A DNA stretch of 64,000 nt from Candidatus Cloacimonetes bacterium ADurb.Bin211 (GTDB lineage Bacteria > Cloacimonadota > Cloacimonadia > Cloacimonadales > Cloacimonadaceae), in NCBI GenBank assembly GCA_002070045.1, contig MWCN01000042.1:2662-66661 (forward strand), in the 5' to 3' direction. The translations under genes were made by a program, and so were the position numbers. Position 1 is the stretch's first letter. Every line of letters starts with the position of its first letter. The notes beneath the pieces are model-generated. The model was not told where the DNA came from. It worked only from the letters and a program-made list of their open reading frames with translations, and made no database searches. Below are positions 48,760 to 58,324 of the stretch, in pieces.

Positions 48760-50048
48760 AACATATCCAAGAGCAGGACCCAGAACTTTATGCTGCAATG
48801 GCAGGAGAATTAAATCGGCAGAGAGAAAATCTGGAACTAATAGCCTCAGAGAATTTTACTTCTATGGCAGTTCTGGAAGCACAGGGTAGTGTGCTAACTA
48901 ATAAATATGCTGAGGGTTATCCTTATCGCTGGAGCAAAAAGACTGGGAAAATCAATTATAACCTTTATGGTCGTTATTATGGAGGTTGTGAATATATTGA
49001 TGAAGTAGAAAGATTGGCTATAGAAAGAGCTAAACAACTTTTTGGGGCAGAGCATGCTAATGTCCAACCACATAGTGGCTCTCAAGCAAATATGGCAGCT
49101 TATTTTACGCTGGTAAAACCAGGTGATACGGTGATGGCACTGGAATTATCTCATGGCGGTCATCTTACTCATGGTCATCCTCTATCCTTCAGTGGTCAAT
49201 TTTATAATATTGTCCCATATCAGGTTAGCAGAGAGACGGAAGAACTTGATTATGATGAGTTAGCCCGTCTAGCGGAAGAACATAAGCCACAGATGATTCT
49301 TGCTGGAGCTTCTGCTTATCCCCGGAAAATGGATTTTGCAAAGTTTCGGGAAATTGCCGATTTAGTTGGTGCTAAGCTTATGGTAGATATGGCTCATATT
49401 GCTGGTTTAGTAGCTTCTGGATTGCATATGAATCCGGTGCCTTATGCCGATGTAGTAACATCAACCACTCATAAGACATTAAGAGGACCCAGAGCAGGAC
49501 TTATTCTCTGTAAAGAAGAGTTTGCCAAAGAGATTGATGCGAAAGTATTTCCTGGAATTCAAGGTGGACCTCTGATGCATGTTATTGCCGGCAAAGCAGC
49601 TGCTCTTTATGAAGCCTTACAGCCGGGATTCAAAGTTTATCAACAGCATATAATTGATAATGCTCAAGCTCTGGCTACGGCTTTGATTGCTAATGGTTTT
49701 AGATTGGTTTCAGGTGGTACGGATACTCATCTAATGTTAATTAATCTTGGTACAGAAGAAGAAGGTGGACCCAGTGGTAAAAAAATGGAAGAAGCTCTGG
49801 ATAAAGCAGGAATTACGGCAAATAAAAATACTGTTCCTTTTGAGACTCGCAGTCCCTTTGTTGCCAGTGGAATAAGATTAGGAACACCGGCTGTAACCAC
49901 TCGTGGAATGGGAATAGAAGAAATGAAAGAGATAGCCGATTTTATTAATAGAGTGAGAAATCATATTGAAGATGAAGAGTACCTGATAAATATGAAATCA
50001 GAAGTACGAGCCCTAACAGCAAGATTTCCTCTTTATTCTGAACTTTAA
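48756..50048 (+). CDS. glyA: Serine hydroxymethyltransferase
   Basis: 'LIASEN', '[11 protein letters not shown]', 'GGHLTHG', '[11 protein letters not shown]' (PLP Lys). Confidence 0.97.
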   Translation: MKHIQEQDPELYAAMAGELNRQRENLELIASENFTSMAVLEAQGSVLTNKYAEGYPYRWSKKTGKINYNLYGRYYGGCEYIDEVERLAIERAKQLFGAEHANVQPHSGSQANMAAYFTLVKPGDTVMALELSHGGHLTHGHPLSFSGQFYNIVPYQVSRETEELDYDELARLAEEHKPQMILAGASAYPRKMDFAKFREIADLVGAKLMVDMAHIAGLVASGLHMNPVPYADVVTSTTHKTLRGPRAGLILCKEEFAKEIDAKVFPGIQGGPLMHVIAGKAAALYEALQPGFKVYQQHIIDNAQALATALIANGFRLVSGGTDTHLMLINLGTEEEGGPSGKKMEEALDKAGITANKNTVPFETRSPFVASGIRLGTPAVTTRGMGIEEMKEIADFINRVRNHIEDEEYLINMKSEVRALTARFPLYSEL

Positions 50049-50065
50049 TTATACCAATAAAAATT

Positions 50066-50108
50066 AACCGCCTTCAGATATTACCAGTGGTTTTTACTGA
50101 AGGCGGTT
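50066..50108. terminator. Bidirectional terminator between glyA and the C25 peptidase gene
   Basis: AACCGCCTTCAG ... CTGAAGGCGGTT stem with T-tract on the right and A-rich sequence on the left. Confidence 0.8.
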
Positions 50109-50148
50109 TTTCTATGCTAAACAAGGAGAGGATAGGCTACTTTATATC

Positions 50149-53100
50149 TCATTTTAACATCAACATTTTATGGGTCTTACTATAATCCCCAGCTTGCATA
50201 CGGTAGAAATATATACCACTGGCAAGTTGACGATGATTATTATCCAGACCGTCGAAGTCAATTGTATAGTTTCCAGCTGTCTTAACCTCATTCACTAAAG
50301 TGCGTACCAGCTGACCTTTAATATTAAATATTTCAATGCGTACAGCTGCTGTCTCCTTGATACTGTAACTAATAGTAGTTGAAGGGTTAAAAGGATTAGG
50401 GAAATTACTTTTTAGTTCAGTTACAACAGGCAGAATGGGATCATCATTAGAAACGACATTTCCTTTTCCATTCAGCTGAACAACTAATACTGGATTAACC
50501 GGGTCATCAGTCTCAATTTGCATAGTAGAATGATAGGTTAGGGTATCTACAGGCGCAAAAGTTACATTAAAGCCCAGATAGGATTGAGCAGGAACTATAA
50601 TATTAATGGCAAATCCAGGATTTCCATTTCCCTGGTATACGGCAAAAGGTGGGTCTACCTGAACGGTGCCGATTAACACTGCATCTCCGTTATTAGTTAC
50701 AGTAAATGTTTGTTGAGAAATTTCACCCAGGGGAACCACCCCAAAATCTACTACCATAGTATCAATACTAATAACAGGTGTTCCGATAACTGTTCCACTG
50801 GATGGGAATATAATATCATCAATCCAGGCACAATCGCTACCAGCAGAAATTCCGCCATCTTTTGAATAGGACCAGGTGAAAGTATTCTGTCCTGCCGGAA
50901 CATCAAAAAAGACCTGACTCCAATTATCTGAAGTGCCTGACCACTGGCTGCGAACTACACCATTAACGGCGAAACGAAGATAATCATAATTCAATTCACA
51001 GGAAACCTTTTTCCAGAAACTAATTGTGCCGTCAACCGGGCAATTTATGCTAACACTCAATAATGTAGTTTGATTATGATTTATAGTAGCAGATTTAGCA
51101 GAATGAGAGTTATTATAACTGGTGTTATCAATTGTCCAGTTTCCACCAGAGAATTGCCAGTTAAAGCCAGTGAAATTGGTTTCAAAGTTCTCTACTAATA
51201 AACCTACGGTTATAGGATAATTCTGAACTGAACTGTAATCTCCAGCAAAGAGCATTGCTGTTAACATTAAGTTTGATCCTTGAGTGACCTGAGAACTCAA
51301 AGTTAGATAGTATGTGATTTGACATTGTTCTCCAACTGCTAAACTGGTAAAGGAATCATCCATAGGTTCAATTACATTCATTCCTCCCACAATTGCCAGA
51401 GCTGTAGTAATATCATTAGCTTGAGAATGTCCAGTATTGGTCACGGGAAGGCATATAGTAACGCTTTCACCAGGGTCTAAAACGCTATTATTATTACCAA
51501 GATAATCCTGAATGATTAATCCTTCCCAGGTAAATACTGGAGCATTAAGAACCAGATTACGGTCATATTCATAATTCTCATCAGCACAGGAAGCGATAAT
51601 ATGGATAGAAGCAGTATGCTGATCAGGAACATTACTTGCTACTTGTATGGTTAATCCATTGACTGTTCCGCCTATGCTATTAGCTGCAATATCAGGTATA
51701 TTTTCTGTTCCATTAACAATAGTTAAATAAGGGTCTTCAGTTTGAATGGATACGGTAGGGTTCATAGCGATGTCATTTCCAACATTATTCAAAGTCAGAT
51801 TTAAAGTTATTAATTCTCCATACTCTGGAATATTATTGTTATTATCTGACACAGACATTTCTGCTACTACTAGGTAAGGACCACTTGCAGGTAGCACTTG
51901 TATCGTATCCAGATAGGTAACTTTATTGAAAGCAGTGATAGTTAAAGTCAAGTCCATAGGTTCCAGCGGAGGATTTTCCAGCGTTAAATTAATATCTCCA
52001 TTAGTATCAGCAATGCCTGTAGCATAGATGGTTTCAGAACCATAAAGAGTTACTTTAGCACCAGGGATAGTATTAATCGGAAGAGTATTCATACCGATAA
52101 AAAGGATAGGAGTATAAGTGGCAGTTATAGGTTGAGGGTCCTTAGAACGAACCATAAGAGAGCAATCACCAAAAATATTCCAGGTTAAAAACATACTTAT
52201 TCCGTCCTGACCATAGACTTCTATCATTTTTGATGAGCCGTTATAGAAAAGACCTCCTAACGTATGTTTCTGTTCAGCCACTAAAAGGTCTACGGTTTCA
52301 TCCTGAGCTCTCATAGGAGGATTCCAGCTTTGATTTATGGAACTTCCATAAAAACCGATAGCTCCTGCGGGAGCATTAGTTGTTTCGTTAACAGAACGTA
52401 ACCAGGCTTCAGCAAAACAGGTCATACTGACAAAGTTACCATTAACACAAGCAACGCTTTGGATAAAGGGAAGCATATAATCATTAGTGAGTGCATTAAC
52501 ATTGGTGTTACTGAAACCAGTAGTAACCCAATAAGTATCAGCTCCATGTCCAGTATAATTGATAAAACCTCTTCCCTGATTCAAGTTGGTACTTACCTGC
52601 GCCGCAGTAGCTCCCATTGATTCGTAGATTTGATCCACACTTAAATAACCATAATTAAGCAGGTCAGTTCGGATATTTTCTTGATGTTGCTGGTCACTTT
52701 CTCCCATATCGCCTTGTGAACCACCTCCTTGGTTGGAAGCAATGCACATTGCTCTCTGGACCCATTGACTTCCTGTCTGGACATCTCTTTCATAGTGAAC
52801 CGAACGAGTTATTTGAGTTTCCATTTCTGCAACGGATTGGGCAGAAAATCTACCAATATAAATATCGGGATAACTGTCAGATCCGGCAAGAAGCGAATAA
52901 GAGGGATCCGAGCCACCACCACCAGAGGTAAGAGTGGGAACTTGAGGAGCATCACCAAAAATCTGAACAAACATTAAACCATCATTCAAATTATACTGAT
53001 TTTGGATGTAAGTCTTAATTTGAGTAGCTGTAGGACCAGCAACAGAAACATCTACTACATCCACTCTATAACCATTCTGCCGTTTCCAATCAACCCAGGG

Positions 53101-53844
53101 TTGTATTACATTATCAAACATTGAGTTCTTAATTGCCAGGATTCTACCCTGTTCAGCAAGTGAGGGGTATTTAGCTTCATTGAAGTTCAGGAACATATTT
53201 TCATAGATGGGTGCAAACTCTTCGGCATAGGATGTTTTAGCTACAGGTAAGGAGTTAGTTAGATCTGTGCCGTTAACATCAAGAGCCACCGTAATTTTAG
53301 TATAAATGCGTAAAGTTTGAGTGGCAGGATAATATGCGAATGGCTGGAAGCGAACCGTTATACCTCTATAATCACGGAGAATAAAGGGTTCTGTTAGATA
53401 GGAAAGTTCTTTAGGCCAGAAATCATTTCCAGAATAGAAGTCGGCAAATGAATAAGGAACAGTTTCTGGATCAATATCACGGGTAAGATTGCCTTTGGAA
53501 GGAGCAACAGGTAAAGTCATTTCCACATATTCAGTATCAAGAATAGAAAGTTCCATATTTGCAGTGTTTGGTATGATAACACTTCTGGCTATGATAGGGA
53601 GTTGTGGATATCCAGTCTGTAAGGTGACTCCTTCCTTTTTGAGGCTTAGCAAATTCCAGGTATTGCCATTGATATTAACTGGTTCAGAGGTAAAATGACC
53701 TAAAGTTAATTGCATTACTATATGTTCAGGTCCGCTTTGTAATAATTGGACATTGTTATTATAATTTCCTGCGGTGATTTCTATGGCGTTCAAAGAAAAA
53801 GCCAGTAGAAAAAGCAGGATAGTGATTAGTATACCTTGTTTCAT
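50149..53844 (-). CDS. C25 cysteine peptidase, Arg-gingipain-like, with propeptide, Ig-like domains and FlgD/T9SS-type CTD
   Basis: 'NYTGHG', 'VACVNG', 'GESDQQH', 'INQSWNPPMRAQDE'; CTD 'NFPNPFNP...GIYFYRM'; start ATG 53844 with GGAG RBS. Confidence 0.88.
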   Translation of the reverse strand: MKQGILITILLFLLAFSLNAIEITAGNYNNNVQLLQSGPEHIVMQLTLGHFTSEPVNINGNTWNLLSLKKEGVTLQTGYPQLPIIARSVIIPNTANMELSILDTEYVEMTLPVAPSKGNLTRDIDPETVPYSFADFYSGNDFWPKELSYLTEPFILRDYRGITVRFQPFAYYPATQTLRIYTKITVALDVNGTDLTNSLPVAKTSYAEEFAPIYENMFLNFNEAKYPSLAEQGRILAIKNSMFDNVIQPWVDWKRQNGYRVDVVDVSVAGPTATQIKTYIQNQYNLNDGLMFVQIFGDAPQVPTLTSGGGGSDPSYSLLAGSDSYPDIYIGRFSAQSVAEMETQITRSVHYERDVQTGSQWVQRAMCIASNQGGGSQGDMGESDQQHQENIRTDLLNYGYLSVDQIYESMGATAAQVSTNLNQGRGFINYTGHGADTYWVTTGFSNTNVNALTNDYMLPFIQSVACVNGNFVSMTCFAEAWLRSVNETTNAPAGAIGFYGSSINQSWNPPMRAQDETVDLLVAEQKHTLGGLFYNGSSKMIEVYGQDGISMFLTWNIFGDCSLMVRSKDPQPITATYTPILFIGMNTLPINTIPGAKVTLYGSETIYATGIADTNGDINLTLENPPLEPMDLTLTITAFNKVTYLDTIQVLPASGPYLVVAEMSVSDNNNNIPEYGELITLNLTLNNVGNDIAMNPTVSIQTEDPYLTIVNGTENIPDIAANSIGGTVNGLTIQVASNVPDQHTASIHIIASCADENYEYDRNLVLNAPVFTWEGLIIQDYLGNNNSVLDPGESVTICLPVTNTGHSQANDITTALAIVGGMNVIEPMDDSFTSLAVGEQCQITYYLTLSSQVTQGSNLMLTAMLFAGDYSSVQNYPITVGLLVENFETNFTGFNWQFSGGNWTIDNTSYNNSHSAKSATINHNQTTLLSVSINCPVDGTISFWKKVSCELNYDYLRFAVNGVVRSQWSGTSDNWSQVFFDVPAGQNTFTWSYSKDGGISAGSDCAWIDDIIFPSSGTVIGTPVISIDTMVVDFGVVPLGEISQQTFTVTNNGDAVLIGTVQVDPPFAVYQGNGNPGFAINIIVPAQSYLGFNVTFAPVDTLTYHSTMQIETDDPVNPVLVVQLNGKGNVVSNDDPILPVVTELKSNFPNPFNPSTTISYSIKETAAVRIEIFNIKGQLVRTLVNEVKTAGNYTIDFDGLDNNHRQLASGIYFYRMQAGDYSKTHKMLMLK

Positions 53845-53898
53845 TATAAACTCCATTGCGTTTTAAGAATTAAAAATCTACAGAAAATTAAAAATTAT

Positions 53899-53928
53899 AA
53901 GAGAGACCATCTATAGATGATCTCTCTT
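53899..53928. terminator. Hairpin between the two C25 genes
   Basis: AAGAGAGACCATC-TATA-GATGATCTCTCTT with A/T-rich flanks. Confidence 0.55.
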
Positions 53929-53936
53929 TTTTCAAT

Positions 53937-56900
53937 TTATTTCATTAACATCATTTTCTTAGTATTAGTGTAACCTTTGGCTTCCATTCTATATAGATAA
54001 ATTCCACTGCCAACATTTCTACCCTGATTATCTTTCCCATTCCAGACAATTTGATGTTTTCCAGAAGGAAGTTCCGTATCTATCAGTTGTTTAACCAACT
54101 GTCCTTTTAAGTTATAGATATTAATGCGAACTTTGCCTGATTCTTTCAGGGAGAAATTAATAGTAGTTTCTGGATTGAAGGGGTTAGGATAATTTCCTTC
54201 CAGTGTTGTCACCACAGGAACTATTGCAGGATCACTATTTGGGACCGTTGTTATATGAATAGGTATGGTTATTGATGGATTATTAATATCATTGGAGGTA
54301 ATAATCATCTCTAAATCAAGTTCAACTTCTGTTTCGGGTGCAGTGTAAGTCAAAGTATAGATTCTTGCCTCACCCACAGGGATGCTATAATTATAATTAT
54401 TTTCCAGCGGCAATCCATTGTATAAAAGTCCCATTTCGGAGGGATAAGTGATGGTTCCAGTGAGCTCTACCGTGCCAACATTGTTGATAACAAGATCTGC
54501 TGAAACTTGGTCGTTAGGACTAAGTTCTAAGAAGTTAAACTCTGTTTGAGGCACATAAATTATAGCAATCTCACCACTGGCAGCAATAGGGAAGATAACA
54601 TCATCAATCCAGGCGCAATCATTACCCGAAGCTTGAGAGCTATCTTTAGTATAGGTCCATTTAAAGGTGTGGGGACCTGCAGTTATGGGATAGGAGAATT
54701 GTGCCCATGATTGATTTCCACTCCAGGAAGCCATTTCAATGCCATCAATGCTGAAACGTAAGAAGTCATAATTTAGCTCAGAAGAGACCTTGCGCCAGAA
54801 CTTAATATTACCGTCAACACTAACATTTAAGGTAATAGATAGTTCTGTACTGCCATTATTTCCTATCGTTCCAGATTTTGCCATATAATTGCCAGAATGA
54901 GCATTGGATGGGTCATTAACCACTGTCCAGGGGATATTACTGTTATTGATCCAGGGATAGCTACTGAAATCTCCAGATTCAAAGCCATCTCCATAAACTC
55001 CAATAGGCAAAAGAATGCAATGGTTAATGTTTATCTGTCCTGCAGAAATGGAAAGGCTTATAGGTACAATAATTCCATTTGGAATAGTCGGATCCAGTGT
55101 AATAGTGAAACTAATAGGAATATTTACTCCAGCAGCCATCGTTGGCAAAACAAAATAATCAGTACTGAGGGTAACAAAAGGATTATTTGCCAGGATAATC
55201 AGGGTTCCACTATCTGTATTCATATGTCCAATATTGGTTATAGTTATTCCTATAGAGATATTTTCACCGGGTTCAAAGAAGTTATCACCATCAGGGTCAA
55301 AGAGAATAGGGTCACCAAATTGTAGTTTAGGTGCATTCACGATGATACTACGAGAAGTAGTCCAGGTATTAGTACCATCAGAAACAATGATATCAAAGGG
55401 AACGGATAATTGATCCGGAATATAAACACTAATCAGCACACTAAATAAACCTTCCAGAGAGATGGTTTGATCTGGAAGAATATCAGGAAGAGTCTCTGTT
55501 CCATTTAAGATAGTTATATAAGGGCAAGTGGTAGAAAGAGTAGCAGTAAGATTAGCAGCAGTTTGCACCCCAACATTATGGAAATTTAGATTCATACTGA
55601 TAGTTTCACCAGCTTCTGCTACAGCATTAGCATTGGGGTCGTTTACCGTAATCTGACTAACTGTTACATAAGGTCCAACATTGGGAATAACCTGAATATT
55701 GGCAATCATAGGTCGGCGTAAGGAACGAGTTAACACTAACTGAGCAGTGCCAGGTTCGGTAAAAGGCGTGAAATTAAGAGTTAGATTCCCAGATGCATCG
55801 GTTAAACCAACTCCATGTAATTCATTATTCATTGATATTGCCACATAAGAGTATGGATCAGCAGTAATATCTAAAGAACTAAGTCCTAAAAATAAAGTGG
55901 CTGGTGGAACATAGCTGTTTTGAGCAGGAATTCCGAGATAAGGGATCAAACTCGGATCACCCATATTGGAATATATTTCCCAGTAATAATTAATTCTGGG
56001 GCTATTAGATTGAACTACTGCCATATTTCCCATAAAAATTATAGCGCCAATACTATTGCCCCAATCTTCAAAGGGTTCATTGTGGTCATGGAACATTGCA
56101 TCATAAGCACCGGTGTGGCCAGGTACAAATGGTGAACCTGTTCCTACTATTGGTGGTTTATAACCAACTCCCCAATAGTAATCTTCATCCCAGTAAGTAC
56201 TATTAGTTCCCCCTATGTAGGAAACAGCACCTTTATTTTCTGCTCTTAACCAGGCTTCTCCAAAACAGACACTGGTATCAAAAGCATTGGTGAGACAGCA
56301 ATTTCCAACTACTACGGGATATTCATTTACATTCTGGAGACTGTTTATATTAGCTATGGTGAAAGAAGGACTATACCAGGAAGTTTCGCTTCCGTGCGCA
56401 GTATAATTAGCATAACCAACCCCATTTGATATATCATTAATTATGGAAGAAGACGCGCTTTGTGATGCTGGATAAAGATAGGTGTGAGAGGTAATACCGT
56501 GGGCAGTATTAAAATAGTTATTTACTCCATAATTAATCTGACCATTAGCATGTGTAGGTGACCAGTTGGAATCAACACCAGCTATCATTACTACTTCGCC
56601 CAAATAGGCATCACTGGGCATAGTATACATTTCATACATTAAGGTTTTATTGACTTGATTCGTTACTTCAGCTTCAGTTGTGGCAGAGAAACGTCCAAAA
56701 TACATCTCTGGCATAAAATCTGTGCCCTGTAACCGTACATAGGTTAAATCAGTAATATGTCCACTAGGACTGGCAGAAGCAGGATTGGCAGGAACTTGTG
56801 CTACATCTCCAACAATCAATAAATAGGACGGAGCAGGATTTTCAGTAGTAGCAGAATTCCAGATGTTCTGGATATAGGTCTTAATGGAAGAAGTAGTGGT

Positions 56901-57737
56901 TCCTGTTTCTGTAGTTGTGGCAAGAATTACATTATACCCTTCCTGAGTTTTCCAATTTATAAAGGGTTGGAGAGCATTCACAAAATTTGGTGGAGTAATA
57001 ATTAAATAACTCATAGGATAACGATTCAGACTTGCCCGATTAGAATCAGGATTCATCAGGATATTTTGTAGCATAGGATCAAAAGCTGGAGAATAAGTCT
57101 TGGCTCTTAATTCATTGGTTGAAACTAGGTCTGGATGAAGAAATTGGACATTAACTTCTGCACTATAAATTACTTCCATTGAACCTGTTCCTGGATTATA
57201 ACGAATGGGAGTAAAATCCAGAGCATAAAGATGGTAGCCTCGCATATAACCAAGATCAGTAACCTGAATAGAGGGAAATTCTGTCCAGTTTTGACTTTGA
57301 TAAAATTCCTGGTTAACAATGAAAGGAACAGTTGCCGGGTCTACACTTTTAGATACAGGTTCCTGTCTTGGAATTATGGGATTATTTATTCCTTCAGCTT
57401 TCAGGTCTATATTCTTATATAATACTGAATTGATACTTGCCTGAACTTCAGATCCTTCAGGAACACTAAAAATCTGTCGCAAAAGAGGTAGCTTAGGAAG
57501 TCCTATGGCATTAGTGGCAGCATAATCAGCTACCCATAAGTCAGTAAAAATTCCTTCTGGAGTCTGTATTTCCTGAAAATCAAGCTTTTCAATACGGTAG
57601 CTAACACTCAAACCATAATCATTACTATTTGTTACCACCGTAGCGGTGGGAGTGTTGCTTAGCTTAATGGAACCTTGAGTGGCAAAAACAAATGTCACCA
57701 AACTCAAGATTAGGATAATTAATAAATGCTTTTTCAT
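53937..57737 (-). CDS. C25 cysteine peptidase, Lys-gingipain-like, with propeptide, Ig-like domains and FlgD/T9SS-type CTD
   Basis: 'ANYTAHGSETSW', 'VGNCCLT', 'TYWDEDYYW', 'YYWEIY..MGDPS'; CTD 'NYPNPFNP...GIYLYRM'. Confidence 0.88.
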   Translation of the reverse strand: MKKHLLIILILSLVTFVFATQGSIKLSNTPTATVVTNSNDYGLSVSYRIEKLDFQEIQTPEGIFTDLWVADYAATNAIGLPKLPLLRQIFSVPEGSEVQASINSVLYKNIDLKAEGINNPIIPRQEPVSKSVDPATVPFIVNQEFYQSQNWTEFPSIQVTDLGYMRGYHLYALDFTPIRYNPGTGSMEVIYSAEVNVQFLHPDLVSTNELRAKTYSPAFDPMLQNILMNPDSNRASLNRYPMSYLIITPPNFVNALQPFINWKTQEGYNVILATTTETGTTTSSIKTYIQNIWNSATTENPAPSYLLIVGDVAQVPANPASASPSGHITDLTYVRLQGTDFMPEMYFGRFSATTEAEVTNQVNKTLMYEMYTMPSDAYLGEVVMIAGVDSNWSPTHANGQINYGVNNYFNTAHGITSHTYLYPASQSASSSIINDISNGVGYANYTAHGSETSWYSPSFTIANINSLQNVNEYPVVVGNCCLTNAFDTSVCFGEAWLRAENKGAVSYIGGTNSTYWDEDYYWGVGYKPPIVGTGSPFVPGHTGAYDAMFHDHNEPFEDWGNSIGAIIFMGNMAVVQSNSPRINYYWEIYSNMGDPSLIPYLGIPAQNSYVPPATLFLGLSSLDITADPYSYVAISMNNELHGVGLTDASGNLTLNFTPFTEPGTAQLVLTRSLRRPMIANIQVIPNVGPYVTVSQITVNDPNANAVAEAGETISMNLNFHNVGVQTAANLTATLSTTCPYITILNGTETLPDILPDQTISLEGLFSVLISVYIPDQLSVPFDIIVSDGTNTWTTSRSIIVNAPKLQFGDPILFDPDGDNFFEPGENISIGITITNIGHMNTDSGTLIILANNPFVTLSTDYFVLPTMAAGVNIPISFTITLDPTIPNGIIVPISLSISAGQININHCILLPIGVYGDGFESGDFSSYPWINNSNIPWTVVNDPSNAHSGNYMAKSGTIGNNGSTELSITLNVSVDGNIKFWRKVSSELNYDFLRFSIDGIEMASWSGNQSWAQFSYPITAGPHTFKWTYTKDSSQASGNDCAWIDDVIFPIAASGEIAIIYVPQTEFNFLELSPNDQVSADLVINNVGTVELTGTITYPSEMGLLYNGLPLENNYNYSIPVGEARIYTLTYTAPETEVELDLEMIITSNDINNPSITIPIHITTVPNSDPAIVPVVTTLEGNYPNPFNPETTINFSLKESGKVRINIYNLKGQLVKQLIDTELPSGKHQIVWNGKDNQGRNVGSGIYLYRMEAKGYTNTKKMMLMK

Positions 57738-58067
57738 TCTATCTCCTTAATTTATTACTATTTTTATTATATATCTACTAAGTTAGTTAATTTAATATGC
57801 AAATTAAATTCCTAAAATAGAAGAAAATTAGTTTCAAAACAATACTCCTAAAATAAAATAGAAATTATGTCAATTGATTTATTTGCTTTTTTTCTCCTAA
57901 CTAAATTTTGAGATTTAAGCCCAGATAAAGTCTAAGTATAATTCTCATTCCTTACGCAATTCTTATTTATAACTTTATATGTTTCTTTGTGTTACTATAT
58001 CTTGAACATATTTGGAAATTACCTTTCATCTAAAATAAAGAGTTATTTTTAATAACCATCAAAAAGC

Positions 58068-58141
58068 CTTAACTTTCTTTCTCTTAACTCCTTCTTAACA
58101 AAATTGGCAAGGAAGAGCCAAGAGAGAGCCAAGAGAGAAAT
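58068..58141. repeat. Intergenic 11-bp tandem repeat (AAGAGAGAGCC-type) with a degenerate inverted left arm
   Basis: AAGGAAGAGCC-AAGAGAGAGCC-AAGAGAGAAA at 58109-58140; left arm CTCTTAACTCCTTCTTAAC is its degenerate reverse complement. Confidence 0.7.
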
Positions 58142-58324
58142 GATAACTTAATATAAATTAGTAAGATAATGAAATTAGTACTGATCGGTATTTATTTGAA
58201 GTAAATAAGCATTATTTTGGTATTGACATAATAGGGCAATCAGTTTTTAAAGAAACAATGAAAAGATTTATGTATCTATACTAACTTTGAAGCAGTTAGG
58301 AGATATATGATAGGGACTTGAAAA

